Program-made: the position numbers and the translations under genes | NCBI GenBank assembly: GCA_039030175.1 | Contig: JBCCER010000001.1 | Coordinates: 7,522 to 71,521 of the forward strand | Origin: Pseudomonadota bacterium | GTDB lineage: Bacteria > Pseudomonadota > Alphaproteobacteria > DSM-16000 > Inquilinaceae | Direction of reading: 5' to 3' | Length of the DNA: 64,000 nt | The notes under the pieces: generated by a model | Database searches by the model: none | Seen by the model: the letters and a program-made list of their open reading frames with translations, nothing else | What the model was told of the DNA's origin: nothing | Part shown: one piece after another, positions 20,909 through 30,883 of the stretch | How the letters are laid out: every line of letters begins with the position of its first letter | Numbering within the stretch: position 1 is the first letter of the stretch

Positions 20909-21640
20909 ATGACCCCAACAGTGCCCCAAGGATTTCGGCGATCCATCGTGTCTCAATCTTCGAGTTTTCCGGCTCCTGCCGCGCCCAGTGAACCGTTGGT
21001 ACTTGCCGTGCCGAAGGGACGGATATTGAAGGAGCTGCGGCCTTTGATGGCCCGTGCTGGGCTGAAGCCGGAGCCTTCGTTCGATGATGAGAGTCACCGG
21101 GGTTTGCGATTTCGAACGAACATTCCAAACATCGAGATCATCCGCGTGCGCTCGTTTGACGTCGCGACCTTCGTTGCTTTCGGTGCCGCCCATCTGGGCG
21201 TGGCTGGCAACGATGTGCTGATGGAGTTCGATTTCCCTGAGATTTACGCGCCGCTAGACCTTAAGATCGGGGCTTGCCGTATCTCGGTTGCCGAGCCAGT
21301 GGAATTGTCCGAGGTTGACGATCCGTCGCGCTGGAGCCATGTGCGCGTTGCGACCAAGTATCCGGAAATCACAAAGCGGCATTTTGCAGCGCGCGGTGTC
21401 CAGGCCGAATGCATAAAGCTAAACGGTGCGATGGAGTTGGCGCCCAGTCTTGGTTTGTGCCGGCGTATCGTGGATCTGGTGTCGACCGGTTCGACACTGA
21501 CGGCCAATGGTTTACGGGAGATTGAGTTGATCGCCGACGTAACCTCACGCCTGATCGTGAACCGCGCAGCGCTCAAGACCCGACCGGAAGAGCTTGGACT
21601 CTGGATCGATCGATTCAGGGAGGCGGTCGATGGCGCTTAG
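20909..21640 (+). CDS. hisG: ATP phosphoribosyltransferase (short form)
   Basis: Core [14 protein letters not shown]...[14 protein letters not shown]...DLVSTGSTL. The start is uncertain: ATG 20909, GTG near 20947, or TTG just before LVLAVPKGR. Confidence 0.85.
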   Translation: MTPTVPQGFRRSIVSQSSSFPAPAAPSEPLVLAVPKGRILKELRPLMARAGLKPEPSFDDESHRGLRFRTNIPNIEIIRVRSFDVATFVAFGAAHLGVAGNDVLMEFDFPEIYAPLDLKIGACRISVAEPVELSEVDDPSRWSHVRVATKYPEITKRHFAARGVQAECIKLNGAMELAPSLGLCRRIVDLVSTGSTLTANGLREIELIADVTSRLIVNRAALKTRPEELGLWIDRFREAVDGA

Positions 21641-22931
21641 GTTGGATGCCGCTGCAGACGGCTTCGCTGCCGCATTTGCGGCATTCCTGACGTCGAAACG
21701 AGAGCAGCAAGTCGACGTGAGTGCCGTCGTTTCCGGCATCATCGGCGATGTTCGGAAGCGCGGTGATGCGGCGATATTGGAACTGACCAAACGGTTTGAT
21801 CGACAGTCCTTGACCGCCGACGGAATGCGCGTGCCCCGCGATGAGGTCGCCAAGGTCGCGGCCTTGGCACCAAAGGAGGAAGTAGAGGCGCTCGAGTTCG
21901 CGGCGGCACGGATCAGTTCGTTTCATGCGACCCAGGATCTGCCTGTGACGAGCTATACGGACGAGGCCGGCGTTCGCCTAGGTGCACGGTTCACCCCGGT
22001 CGATGCTGTGGGGCTCTATGTGCCGGGTGGTCAGGCCGCTTATCCCAGCTCGGTCCTGATGAATGCGATCCCAGCCCAAGTTGCCGGTGTCGAACGACTG
22101 GCCATGGTAGTGCCCACACCGGATGGCTATTTGAATCCGCTCGTCATGGCCGCGGTACAGATCTTGGGGATCGAAGAAATCTACCGTATCGGCGGCGCGC
22201 AGGCAGTAGCAGCGCTTGCCTACGGAACGGACAGCGTTGCCCCCGTCGATAAGATCGTCGGCCCTGGCAATGTCTACGTGGCCGAGGCAAAGCGCCAGGT
22301 CTTTGGCCAGGTGGGTATCGACATGGTCGCCGGCCCCTCGGAAATCCTAGTCGTCGCCGATGGGCAGAACGACCCTGCTTGGATTGCGGCCGATTTGCTT
22401 TCGCAGGCGGAACATGACGCAGACGCACAGGCTATTCTAATCACCGACGATCCGGCCTTTGCATCTTCGGTTGAGGCGGCCATAGAAGGTCACCTCGCGA
22501 CACTACCGCGTTCGGATATAGCGGGCGCAAGCTGGCAACAGCATGGCGCCGTGATCGTAGTCCGGTCGTTGGACGAGGTTCCCAATCTAGTCGACCAAAT
22601 CGCGCCGGAGCATCTGGAACTGGCAGTTGACGACCCCGACGGGCTCGCGGCCAAGATCCGCCATGCCGGTGCGATCTTTCTGGGCCGTTACACCCCTGAG
22701 GCGGTCGGCGACTATGTTGCCGGGCCCAACCATGTCTTGCCGACATCGCGAAGCGCTCGCTTTTCGTCGGGCCTGAATGTGCTCGATTTTGTCAAGCGAA
22801 CCACCATGGTAGGCTGCACCGCTGACGCTCTGCGCACGATCGGCCCCAAGGCCGTGACCTTGGCCCATGCCGAGGGATTGCAGGCCCACGGGCTGTCCAT
22901 CGCCATCCGGCTGAACCTGCCTCGCGGTTAG
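21630..22931 (+). CDS. hisD: histidinol dehydrogenase
   Basis: 433 aa from MALRLDAA, with the motifs [25 protein letters not shown] and [13 protein letters not shown]. It overlaps the hisG stop. Confidence 0.95.
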   Translation: MALRLDAAADGFAAAFAAFLTSKREQQVDVSAVVSGIIGDVRKRGDAAILELTKRFDRQSLTADGMRVPRDEVAKVAALAPKEEVEALEFAAARISSFHATQDLPVTSYTDEAGVRLGARFTPVDAVGLYVPGGQAAYPSSVLMNAIPAQVAGVERLAMVVPTPDGYLNPLVMAAVQILGIEEIYRIGGAQAVAALAYGTDSVAPVDKIVGPGNVYVAEAKRQVFGQVGIDMVAGPSEILVVADGQNDPAWIAADLLSQAEHDADAQAILITDDPAFASSVEAAIEGHLATLPRSDIAGASWQQHGAVIVVRSLDEVPNLVDQIAPEHLELAVDDPDGLAAKIRHAGAIFLGRYTPEAVGDYVAGPNHVLPTSRSARFSSGLNVLDFVKRTTMVGCTADALRTIGPKAVTLAHAEGLQAHGLSIAIRLNLPRG

Positions 22932-22936
22932 AGCCG

Positions 22937-23419
22937 TTGGCCGACGCGCCCAAACAGCCAAGCATCATTGCCGTCGACCTGGACGAGCGAACGGTCGCCA
23001 GACGCAATGCAGAGGTTGAGCAGGAGCGAGCGGTCGCGATCTACGATCTGCTGGAGGACAACCATTTTCGGCCGGTCGACCATCCGGAAGGATCTTTCCG
23101 GCTCCGGCTGGGGATGGAAGACAATCGGCTGATCTTCGACGTTCGTGATACAGCCGATCAGCCGGTCGCCCGTGTCCCCCTGCCAATCCTGCCGTTTCGA
23201 AAGATCGTGAAGGAATACTTCATGGTCTGTGAGGCCTACTACGAAGCGATCCGTCATGCCCCGCCCTCAAAGATCGAGGCTGTGGATATGGGAAGACGCG
23301 GCCTGCATGATCAGGGGTCCACCATGCTGCGAGAGCGGCTGGCAACCCATATTGAGATCGACCACAACACGGCGCGGCGCCTATTCACGCTGCTTTGCGT
23401 CTTGCAGATTAGACAATAG
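22937..23419 (+). CDS. UPF0262 family protein
   Basis: 160 aa with ...EVEQERAVAIYDLLEDNHF.... It sits in the conserved alphaproteobacterial position after hisD. TTG start. Confidence 0.7.
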   Translation: MADAPKQPSIIAVDLDERTVARRNAEVEQERAVAIYDLLEDNHFRPVDHPEGSFRLRLGMEDNRLIFDVRDTADQPVARVPLPILPFRKIVKEYFMVCEAYYEAIRHAPPSKIEAVDMGRRGLHDQGSTMLRERLATHIEIDHNTARRLFTLLCVLQIRQ

Positions 23420-23430
23420 GCGCTGACGAG

Positions 23431-23874
23431 ATGTCTGATCTGCCAACCAGCGTCCTATTCGTCTGCAACTACAACGCCATCCGATCGCCGATGGCCGAAG
23501 CTATGTTGAAGCACCTTCATGGCCATCATATCTTTGTCGACAGCGCCGGCGTACGGGGGGGCGAGCTTGATCCTTTTGCCGTCGCCGTAATGGCCGAGAT
23601 CGACATCGACCTTTCGCGACACAAGCCCAAACTGTTTGAGGAACTGGCGGACGAGAGCTTCGATCTTGTTATCTCGCTATCGCCGCAGGCCCATCACTTG
23701 GCCATCGAGCGCACTCGGACCACCGCCTGTGACGTTGAGTATTGGCAGACATTTGACCCCACGCACATAGAGGGCAACCGCGAGACCCGGCTCGAGGCGT
23801 TTCGCAAGACACGGGACTTTCTGTTCGATCGGATCAAGGTCCAATTTCCCGCAGAACAATCGGTAGAAGTTTGA
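23431..23874 (+). CDS. low-molecular-weight phosphotyrosine phosphatase / ArsC-like family protein
   Basis: 147 aa with the P-loop VLFVCNYNAIRSPMAE (C-X5-R-S). Confidence 0.8.
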   Translation: MSDLPTSVLFVCNYNAIRSPMAEAMLKHLHGHHIFVDSAGVRGGELDPFAVAVMAEIDIDLSRHKPKLFEELADESFDLVISLSPQAHHLAIERTRTTACDVEYWQTFDPTHIEGNRETRLEAFRKTRDFLFDRIKVQFPAEQSVEV

Positions 23875-23981
23875 CGGTACGCCGAATGCGAGAAATGCGG
23901 CTGGACCGAGATAAAACCGCTTGACCGAGAGGGTTATGTCGCCCACCAATCGTGGCGCCCCGCAACCAGAGAAGCGATAGC

Positions 23982-24200
23982 ATGGCAAAAGAGGATCTGA
24001 TTGAGTTTTCCGGGACAGTAATGGAATTGCTGCCCAACGCGATGTTTCGCGTAAAGTTGGACAATGACCACGAGGTGCTGGCCCACACATCGGGCAAGAT
24101 GCGCAAAAACCGCATCCGCGTTTTGGCAGGCGACCGAGTGAATGTCGAGATGACGCCCTACGACCTCTCCAAAGGGCGTATTACGTTCCGCTTCAAATAG
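23982..24200 (+). CDS. infA: translation initiation factor IF-1
   Basis: 72 aa: [72 protein letters not shown]. Confidence 0.97.
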   Translation: MAKEDLIEFSGTVMELLPNAMFRVKLDNDHEVLAHTSGKMRKNRIRVLAGDRVNVEMTPYDLSKGRITFRFK

Positions 24201-24208
24201 GCAAACCC

Positions 24209-24814
24209 ATGGGGCGTGCCCAGGAACAGGCGGCTAGCGGGCCGCCTTTGGTTTTGGCATCCGCCTCTTCGCGTCGAAGGGATCTGTTGGCGCAACTCGG
24301 TATCGAGCCTGCGGCGATCGATCCCGCCGATGTCGATGAAAGCCCCCTTGACGGCGAATTGCCGCGCGATCACGCCGCTCGCCTTTCATTGGCCAAGGCT
24401 CGAACCGTCGCCGGTCGGCGTCAGGGTGACGTGGTATTGGCTGCGGACACGGTGGTGGCCTGCGGTCGCAGAATTCTTCCTAAGGCCGAAACCGTGGATC
24501 AGGCGCGATCGTGCCTGTCCCTGTTATCCGGCCGGCGCCATGTCGTCTGGGGCGGCGTTTGCCTGATCGGTGCCGAAGGGGCAGAGCGTCGGCGCTTGGT
24601 AAAAACCGTGGTCACGTTCAAGGCGCTCAACGACAGCGAGATTGATCGCTACATCGCCAGTGAAGAATGGAAAGGCAAGGCGGGAGGATACGCCATTCAG
24701 GGTCGCGCCGCCCGGTTCGTGCGCGCGTTGCAGGGGTCCTATTCGAACGTGGTGGGGCTACCGCTGTTCGAGACCGCCGGCCTCCTGGAAGTTGTGGGAA
24801 TTCAGTGGCGCTAG
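24209..24814 (+). CDS. maf: Maf family nucleoside triphosphate pyrophosphatase
   Basis: 201 aa with LVLASASSRRRDLL, AADTVV and KAGGYAIQG motifs. Confidence 0.9.
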   Translation: MGRAQEQAASGPPLVLASASSRRRDLLAQLGIEPAAIDPADVDESPLDGELPRDHAARLSLAKARTVAGRRQGDVVLAADTVVACGRRILPKAETVDQARSCLSLLSGRRHVVWGGVCLIGAEGAERRRLVKTVVTFKALNDSEIDRYIASEEWKGKAGGYAIQGRAARFVRALQGSYSNVVGLPLFETAGLLEVVGIQWR

Positions 24815-25863
24815 ACCTTCATATCGGGACCGTAAAGGGCGCGCGCGTTGCTGCTCTTTTGGGTGACGATGGGCTAACAGCCTTAGCCGCAGAACCTGTA
24901 GAGAGTCCAGATCTGACAGGGGCCGTCTACCGTGCCCGTCTGCTTCGCTACGACGCAACTGCCGATCATTGCCTTCTCGATCTTGGCAGTGTCGAGGCCG
25001 TTCTGCCTGGCAAGCCACCGGCCGAAAACATCTTCCCGGTGCAGATCCGGCGTGTGGCACGCGACGGCAAGCGCTCGGAAGTGACGCGCGACGTGGTGCT
25101 CGCCGGCCGATTCCTTATGGCCGCGCCTGGCATTAGTGATGTCAAAACCTCCAGCCGGGTACGAAATGGCCGCGTCCAGCGCGACCGCGCGAATAATCTT
25201 GGTCTGACTTCAGGCTGGATCTTGCGTCGCACTTTCGCCGAGGCGAGCGATGACAAGGTTCGAGATGATGCGGCGCACTTGACCGATCTGCTGGGTCGGC
25301 TCGACCAAGCAGGTGGTCCAGGGCTCCTGATACCAGCCCTACCACTTTGGTGTCGGGTTGTTATGGATGAGGCAGAGCCCAGCCGCCTTTTTGGCGCCGA
25401 GCCGATTTTGGCTAGGGCGGAGGCCGATCTCACCGCACTTGGGCTCGAACCAGTGGCGGTCAATTCCATCGTCGATCTGGACGAGGTGATCGCACCAGTC
25501 TGCCGGTCGGACGTCGAACTTCCGCGAGGTGGGCGGATTACAATCGAACCGACGAGGGCGTTAACGGCGATTGATGTCGACGCGGGTGGCAGCGGACGCG
25601 AGGCCGCCAATCAGGCCGCCGTTCGGGCGATTGCCAAGCAGCTTCGCTTGCGCAATATCGGCGGCATCGTCGTGATCGATCTGGTTTCTCAGAAGTCCGA
25701 CTGGCGGCCGATCGTCGATCGATTTCGAGATTTGTTGGCCGACGATCCGGCACGCACGTCGATTGCCGGCGGTGTGTCGCCGCTGGGGTTGTTGCAAATG
25801 TCACGTGAGCGCAGGGGATACTCGCTGGCCGAGGCGTTGGCCCATACTGATGGAGGATCTTAG
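24805..25863 (+). CDS. short RNase E/G family protein
   Basis: 352 aa from the GTG at 24805, which overlaps the maf stop. It has an S1-like N-terminus (GAVYRARLLRY...LLDLG) and RNase E/G core motifs TRALTAIDVDAGG and GGIVVIDLV. It sits between maf and yacG as in other alphaproteobacteria. Confidence 0.7.
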   Translation: MALDLHIGTVKGARVAALLGDDGLTALAAEPVESPDLTGAVYRARLLRYDATADHCLLDLGSVEAVLPGKPPAENIFPVQIRRVARDGKRSEVTRDVVLAGRFLMAAPGISDVKTSSRVRNGRVQRDRANNLGLTSGWILRRTFAEASDDKVRDDAAHLTDLLGRLDQAGGPGLLIPALPLWCRVVMDEAEPSRLFGAEPILARAEADLTALGLEPVAVNSIVDLDEVIAPVCRSDVELPRGGRITIEPTRALTAIDVDAGGSGREAANQAAVRAIAKQLRLRNIGGIVVIDLVSQKSDWRPIVDRFRDLLADDPARTSIAGGVSPLGLLQMSRERRGYSLAEALAHTDGGS

Positions 25864-25865
25864 CG

Positions 25866-26075
25866 ATGTCCGGCTCAGGGCCGACTAACTCGAAGGGGCA
25901 GCGAGGCAGCAAGTGCCCGGTTTGCGGCAAGCCGACCGCGCCAACTCACCGACCTTTTTGTTCAGCACATTGCGGCTATGTCGACCTTAACCGTTGGTTG
26001 GGCGGCAACTACGCCATTCCGGCCGTCGAAGCCGACGATCTTGATGGGATCGACCCTGAAGCGCCGGAGAGTTGA
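25866..26075 (+). CDS. yacG: DNA gyrase inhibitor YacG (zinc ribbon)
   Basis: 69 aa with CPVCGKP...FCSAHCGYVDLNRWLGGNYAIP. Confidence 0.85.
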   Translation: MSGSGPTNSKGQRGSKCPVCGKPTAPTHRPFCSAHCGYVDLNRWLGGNYAIPAVEADDLDGIDPEAPES

Positions 26076-26077
26076 TG

Positions 26078-26101
26078 GGGGAGAGGGATAGCCCTCTCCC
26101 C
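26078..26101. terminator. GC-rich hairpin between convergent yacG and peroxiredoxin genes (possible bidirectional terminator)
   Basis: GGGGAGAGGG-ATAG-CCCTCTCCCC is a perfect 10-bp stem directly after the yacG stop and 10 nt before the prx stop. There is no clear U-tract on either side. Confidence 0.5.
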
Positions 26102-26111
26102 GAGACCAAGC

Positions 26112-26753
26112 TTACTTGCCGGGCTGCGGCACGATCCGCAGATAGGGCTTTACCTCGTTCCAGCCGCCCGGGAAGCGATCCTTGGCTTCCTCGTTGCTGA
26201 CAGCAGGAACGATGATGACATCCTCACCGCTGTTCCAATTCACTGGCGTTGCAACCTTGTGGTTGGCGGTGAGCTGAAGGGAGTCGATGACGCGAAGAAT
26301 TTCATCGAAATTACGGCCAGTTGACGCGGGGTATTGAAGCGAAAGCTTAACTTTCTTGTCCGGGCCGATGATGTAGACAGAGCGGACGGTCATCGTGTCG
26401 TCGGCATTCGGGTGGATCATTCCATAGAGCGATGCGATCGAGCGGTCCGAATCGGCGATCATCGGGAAGTTCACGGCGTAGCCCTGCGTCTCCTCGATGT
26501 CCTTTGCCCAGCCGGCGTGAGCGTCGAGCGGATCGACCGAAAGGCCGATCACCTTCACATTGCGGGCCTCGAACTCCGGCCGCAGCTTGGCGGTATAGCC
26601 GAGCTCCGTGGTGCACACGGGCGTGTAGTCTTTCGGGTGGGAAAACAGAACGGCCCACTTGCCGTCAATATAATCGTGGAAACGAATATTGCCTTCGGTG
26701 GTTTCGGCTTCGAAATCCGGAGCATCGTCTCCGATCAACAATGCCTGCGTCAT
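26112..26753 (-). CDS. peroxiredoxin (1-Cys/Prx6-like)
   Basis: 213 aa with WAVLFSHPKDYTPVCTTELG (peroxidatic Cys context). Confidence 0.9.
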   Translation of the reverse strand: MTQALLIGDDAPDFEAETTEGNIRFHDYIDGKWAVLFSHPKDYTPVCTTELGYTAKLRPEFEARNVKVIGLSVDPLDAHAGWAKDIEETQGYAVNFPMIADSDRSIASLYGMIHPNADDTMTVRSVYIIGPDKKVKLSLQYPASTGRNFDEILRVIDSLQLTANHKVATPVNWNSGEDVIIVPAVSNEEAKDRFPGGWNEVKPYLRIVPQPGK

Positions 26754-26932
26754 AACTCTATCCCCCCTGGATCAAAGTACGGTTCGCGCCAATCGGGAAC
26801 CTTCATCAAGGACCGACAGCACGTTGGGTTTCACGCCTTCGTGTTCAAGCACGAGAATCGATAACAAAGCCGTGTTGGTCGTTCATGCTACGGATTTGCG
26901 GAAGTGGTAATGCGGCCGGCATGGCGGCAATG

Positions 26933-27931
26933 TCAGTCGAGAAAATCTGCCGTTCCCTGCCTTCTGCGATCAACGTGAAGGCGGGTAATGTCCGGCCTGG
27001 AATAGTGTCCAGCCACGTCGAAATTCTGGCGCTCTTCGCGCACCTTGGCATGGTCCAACTCAGCGATCAGCAACGCCTCGCGATTGGTCACCGGTTCGAC
27101 AATCCAACTTCCATCTGGCGCGGCAATGCAAGAGCCGCCGTTGGCGAGGAATTCGTCCGACCCATCAAGGATCTCGTCCAGGCTGGGCGTGTCGCTGGGG
27201 ACGTCGGATGGACGCATCAACCCCGAGATCGCGACAACGTATGACCTGCTCTCTTTGGCAATGACCGTCGGTAGGTCAAACGTGTTGTGCAGGCCGCCGG
27301 GCCAAGCCGAGACATGAAGATCTTCCCCTTGAGCATACATCGCCGCTCGGACGAGGGGCATCCAGTTTTCGTAACAGTTTAGGCCGCCGACCCGGAACGC
27401 ACCCAGATCGTGTACCCGCAGACCGTGTCCGTCGCCCGCGCCCCAGGCCAGCCGTTCCTCATACGTTGGCTGTAGCTTGCGATGTACGGAGCCGATATTG
27501 CCCGTGGGGTCGACATAAACCAATGTGCAGTAGAGCGTGTGTCCACCTCGATCCGGCGCTCGCTCCATACAGCCGAGATAGACTGCGATTTGCCGCGAAC
27601 GGGCTGCCTCTACGACAGCGTCAAGATCGCCGCGCTCGATGACAACGCCCTGGTCGAGATATCGGGCGTAGAGGGCTTTCTGCTTTGGGTCGTTGAAGCG
27701 TGCACCGTCCGTGCGCTCGATCCAAAACGGATAGCCCGGAACCAGCGCCTCACCAAAGCAAACCAGTTGGCACCCTTCGTCTGCCGCCCGATGAATCTGA
27801 GGCAGGACCTTGGTCAGCGTCTTCTCACGGTCCAGCCAAACCGGTGCGATTTGAGCCAGGCCAATGATCAGTTGATCTTGGTCGCGCCCGGCTTTGTGGG
27901 CGATGTTGGGTCTGATGATTTCCACTTCCAT
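26933..27931 (-). CDS. nitrilase (carbon-nitrogen hydrolase superfamily, branch 1-like)
   Basis: Glu-Lys-Cys triad contexts CFGEALVPGYPFW, HRKLQPTYEERLAWG and GGLNCYENWMP. The start is uncertain: ATG 27931 (GGAG directly adjacent) or ATG 28003 (46-nt overlap with the upstream gene). Confidence 0.8.
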   Translation of the reverse strand: MEVEIIRPNIAHKAGRDQDQLIIGLAQIAPVWLDREKTLTKVLPQIHRAADEGCQLVCFGEALVPGYPFWIERTDGARFNDPKQKALYARYLDQGVVIERGDLDAVVEAARSRQIAVYLGCMERAPDRGGHTLYCTLVYVDPTGNIGSVHRKLQPTYEERLAWGAGDGHGLRVHDLGAFRVGGLNCYENWMPLVRAAMYAQGEDLHVSAWPGGLHNTFDLPTVIAKESRSYVVAISGLMRPSDVPSDTPSLDEILDGSDEFLANGGSCIAAPDGSWIVEPVTNREALLIAELDHAKVREERQNFDVAGHYSRPDITRLHVDRRRQGTADFLD

Positions 27932-27957
27932 CTCCAGCGGGCAGCCTAGTTCCAGCG

Positions 27958-29427
27958 CTATCTGGTCGCGTGTAGCGCGGTCAGCTCCTCGGCGTCCTGC
28001 CATTCGTCACCGAGCAGTTCGGGCGTATCATAGGCCTGGAGATTCTCAAAATGCTGCGCCCTGTCTTCGACGAACAAGGACCGTGCGATGCCTCGTGCCA
28101 ATCGTTCTGCGCCTTCGCTGACGGCCGGAATGTCGCCGGACAGCTTGCCGTGGCTCAGTGTTGCCGGGAAGTTGAAGCAATGGAGATGGTTAAGGGCCGG
28201 GCAGACACCCGCCACGCGCTCGCGGAACTCGAAGACAGGCCCCAGATCTGGGAAGGCGGTCAGTTCTTCATTCTCTTCGTCGGCGGGCGGTGTGTAACGG
28301 TCCGACCATAGCCGGATATGGGGCGCGAACTCGTTCAGTTCCGACCGCAGCGACAGATCCGCCAAGAAGCCGGTGCCGAAGATGATGAAATCGAAATCGA
28401 ACCGTCCTTTCGGCGTCGCGGCGACAAGGGCGCCATCGACCTCCCCCAGGCTCGTAATGGGGCAACCGAAATGAAACCGGGCATTGGGGTGGCGCGAGAC
28501 GCGCAGCGTGCTCTCGCGCGGCGGTGGAGTTTGCTCCTTGAAGGCATAGTCTAGGAACCGCCATTTCCATTCGTCCGGCAGACCGACGAACCCATGGACG
28601 ACTCCCTGGCTGCCGATGCCGGTCATCTTATTGATGCGGGGCATGGATTTGCGCCGGATCAGCATGTCTAGGCTTGCTGCACCGGCCTCCAGCGCTTCGC
28701 CGGCATTGTCCATCGCCGATGCGCCCGCGCCGATCACTGCCACGCGTTTGCCGGCAAGACCGTCGAAATCGATATTGTCAGCCGAATGAGCCCAGAACCG
28801 CCTGTCAATCTTGTGTACGAAGGCAGGCAGATACGGGCCGCCCAAACCGTCGCGACCGGTGGCTAGGACAATACGGCGTGCTGCAATCATTTTGCCCAAT
28901 CCGGCGTCTGGATTCAGGGCCAAGTCGAACATTCCATCCGGCCGACTCGTAATCGCAGTAACTTCGACACCATTGTGGACTGGCAAATCGAGCGCGCGAC
29001 GATACCAGACCAAATACTCCATCCATTGCGGCCGAGGGATCTTGCCAAGGCGATCCCAAGCCTGCTTACCGAATTGGGCTTCAAACCATGCGCGAAACGT
29101 CAACGCTGGAAGGCCAAGCGCAGGCCCAGTTAGTGTCTTTGGCGAGCGTAGCGTTTCCATCCGGGCATAGGTGATCCATGGTCCCTCTAATCCCTCTCGG
29201 GCGCGATCCAGGATGGCGATATTGTCGAGCCCGACCCGTTTTAGGGCGCCTGCGGCCGCGAGGCCGCACATTCCGCCGCCGACGATGATTACATCCCAAA
29301 CGCGTTGGCCTTCCGCATAGCGCGGCGGGCACCACGATTTTGCTGGATAGTCCAGCCACTCCAGATCCTGCCGAAGGCGCTGCTCCAGCCCGTCAAGACC
29401 TATAGGCTCGTCCGCCTGGCGAGTCAT
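27958..29427 (-). CDS. FAD/NAD(P)-binding flavoprotein monooxygenase-like oxidoreductase (two dinucleotide-binding motifs)
   Basis: 489 aa with GxGxxG at VIIVGGGMCGLAAAG and a second Rossmann motif VAVIGAGASAMDNA. The overall layout resembles N-hydroxylating / class B flavin monooxygenases. The subfamily was not determined. Confidence 0.6.
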   Translation of the reverse strand: MTRQADEPIGLDGLEQRLRQDLEWLDYPAKSWCPPRYAEGQRVWDVIIVGGGMCGLAAAGALKRVGLDNIAILDRAREGLEGPWITYARMETLRSPKTLTGPALGLPALTFRAWFEAQFGKQAWDRLGKIPRPQWMEYLVWYRRALDLPVHNGVEVTAITSRPDGMFDLALNPDAGLGKMIAARRIVLATGRDGLGGPYLPAFVHKIDRRFWAHSADNIDFDGLAGKRVAVIGAGASAMDNAGEALEAGAASLDMLIRRKSMPRINKMTGIGSQGVVHGFVGLPDEWKWRFLDYAFKEQTPPPRESTLRVSRHPNARFHFGCPITSLGEVDGALVAATPKGRFDFDFIIFGTGFLADLSLRSELNEFAPHIRLWSDRYTPPADEENEELTAFPDLGPVFEFRERVAGVCPALNHLHCFNFPATLSHGKLSGDIPAVSEGAERLARGIARSLFVEDRAQHFENLQAYDTPELLGDEWQDAEELTALHATR

Positions 29428-30404
29428 TCCAGCGCCCCACCGACCAGATCTTCAGCGATGTCAGGGCCGTAGACCGCATCGCCCAGCACGTCGACAGCTC
29501 TAGGATCCAGTTTTCGCATATCGGGCATCGCTTCATGCAAGGCATCGGACATCGCCTCGATCAGCGCGAGAGCCGAGGGCGTCGGCGGCTTGGCGACCGG
29601 TGTCAACACACCCCACAGAAAGGGGATGTGGTGGTTGATTGGCCGCGCAACGATGCCGTCGATGGGCACGGAAATCGCGGTCATCCGTTCGACCAGCGCA
29701 ACGCCCAATCCTTGCCGCGCCGCGATCATGGCGTAGATGCTGCCATTGGTTTCTAAACGCCGGGCTGGTTCGACGCCGGCTGCGGACAAGGCGCGGTCAA
29801 CCCGACGGCGCAACCGGTAAGGGTTCGTCATGGTGATCACCCGCCGGTCAGCCAGTTGTTCCAAGGCCACGATAGGCGCCTTGGCCAGCGGATCGTCAGC
29901 TCTCAACACCGCGACGGAACCCGCGTCGACTACCCAATGCAATTTCAGTCCGGGATGGTCGATCGGCAAGCTAGCAAGACCAACGTCAATAGTCAGATCC
30001 AGGACCGACCGGATGATCTCCTCCGCTGACGTGCTACGCATTGAGACCTGGGCTGGCAATGTTGGGAGCCGGGCCAGCGCGGCCGGTACCAGACTCGTTG
30101 CCAGCGCCGGTATGGCGGCGACGCGCAAAGCCCGCTCCTCCGCGCGCGCGATCTCTGCAGCCCGTTCCTTGATGCGCCCCAGTCCGATCAATGACCGCTC
30201 TACTTCTTCATGCAGTTGCAGCGCCCTGCTGGTGGGTGTCACCCTCGGGCCCGTCCGATCGAACAAGGTAAAGCCAACACTGGTCTCAAGATCCTTGATC
30301 AACCGCGTGACTGCAGGCTGGGACCGGTCAAGCAGACGGGCGGCGCCGGTGATGCTGCCGGCTGACATGACGGCTGAGAAGGCTTCCAGTTGGCGCAAAT
30401 TCAT
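29424..30404 (-). CDS. LysR family transcriptional regulator
   Basis: 326 aa from MNLRQLEAFSAVMSAGSITGAARLLDRSQPAVTRLIKDLE. Its stop overlaps the ATG of the downstream flavoprotein (ATGA). Confidence 0.88.
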   Translation of the reverse strand: MNLRQLEAFSAVMSAGSITGAARLLDRSQPAVTRLIKDLETSVGFTLFDRTGPRVTPTSRALQLHEEVERSLIGLGRIKERAAEIARAEERALRVAAIPALATSLVPAALARLPTLPAQVSMRSTSAEEIIRSVLDLTIDVGLASLPIDHPGLKLHWVVDAGSVAVLRADDPLAKAPIVALEQLADRRVITMTNPYRLRRRVDRALSAAGVEPARRLETNGSIYAMIAARQGLGVALVERMTAISVPIDGIVARPINHHIPFLWGVLTPVAKPPTPSALALIEAMSDALHEAMPDMRKLDPRAVDVLGDAVYGPDIAEDLVGGALE

Positions 30405-30415
30405 GATCTCAAACC

Positions 30416-30880
30416 CTATAACCTGTCGACACCGGAATCGACATGGTGGCCGATGGGCGTGAAGGGCGCTTGGGCTGAAAAGGCCTTCTGCAGAATGTGC
30501 TGGCGATCTGCAAAAGCTTGACGGTCGGTCCAATGTTCATAGGGGCGCGACCAGACAACCTTCGGCCAAGCCGCATCGTCGGTTCGGCGTCCCACCACAT
30601 GGATGTGCATTTGCGGCGCGCGGTTGCCGATATCGGCGACGTTGATCCGGTTTGCCTCGAACAGGTCGCGCAGTATCTTTGCCGATATCGTGACCTCATC
30701 CATCATGGTTGCGCGGTCATTTGCCTCAAGGTCCCACAACTCCTCCACGCCGTTTAGGCGCGGCACCACCAGCAGCCATGGGTAACGGTGATCGTCCATC
30801 ACAAGGACGCGGCAAAGCGGCAGATCGCCGACAGGCAAAGTTGCCGTGACCAACCTGGGATTGAGGATGAATTCTGCCAT
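30416..30880 (-). CDS. HIT (histidine triad) family protein
   Basis: 154 aa with the triad-like motif PQMHIHVVGR, in which the first His position is Gln. Confidence 0.65.
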   Translation of the reverse strand: MAEFILNPRLVTATLPVGDLPLCRVLVMDDHRYPWLLVVPRLNGVEELWDLEANDRATMMDEVTISAKILRDLFEANRINVADIGNRAPQMHIHVVGRRTDDAAWPKVVWSRPYEHWTDRQAFADRQHILQKAFSAQAPFTPIGHHVDSGVDRL

Positions 30881-30883
30881 CGG

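Noticed and set aside
20289-21128. A 279-aa minus-strand ORF. Similar long ORFs occur at 4291-5169(-), 5874-6641(-), 24966-25610(-), 29830-30462(+), 45510-46205(+), 54992-55744(-), 58540-59130(-) and 63378-63917(-).
   Set aside because: All lie antisense to, or out of frame within, genes with strong family signatures. Their products are Arg/Pro/Gly/Ser-rich low-complexity sequences typical of shadow ORFs in high-GC DNA. None has an RBS or a recognisable family.
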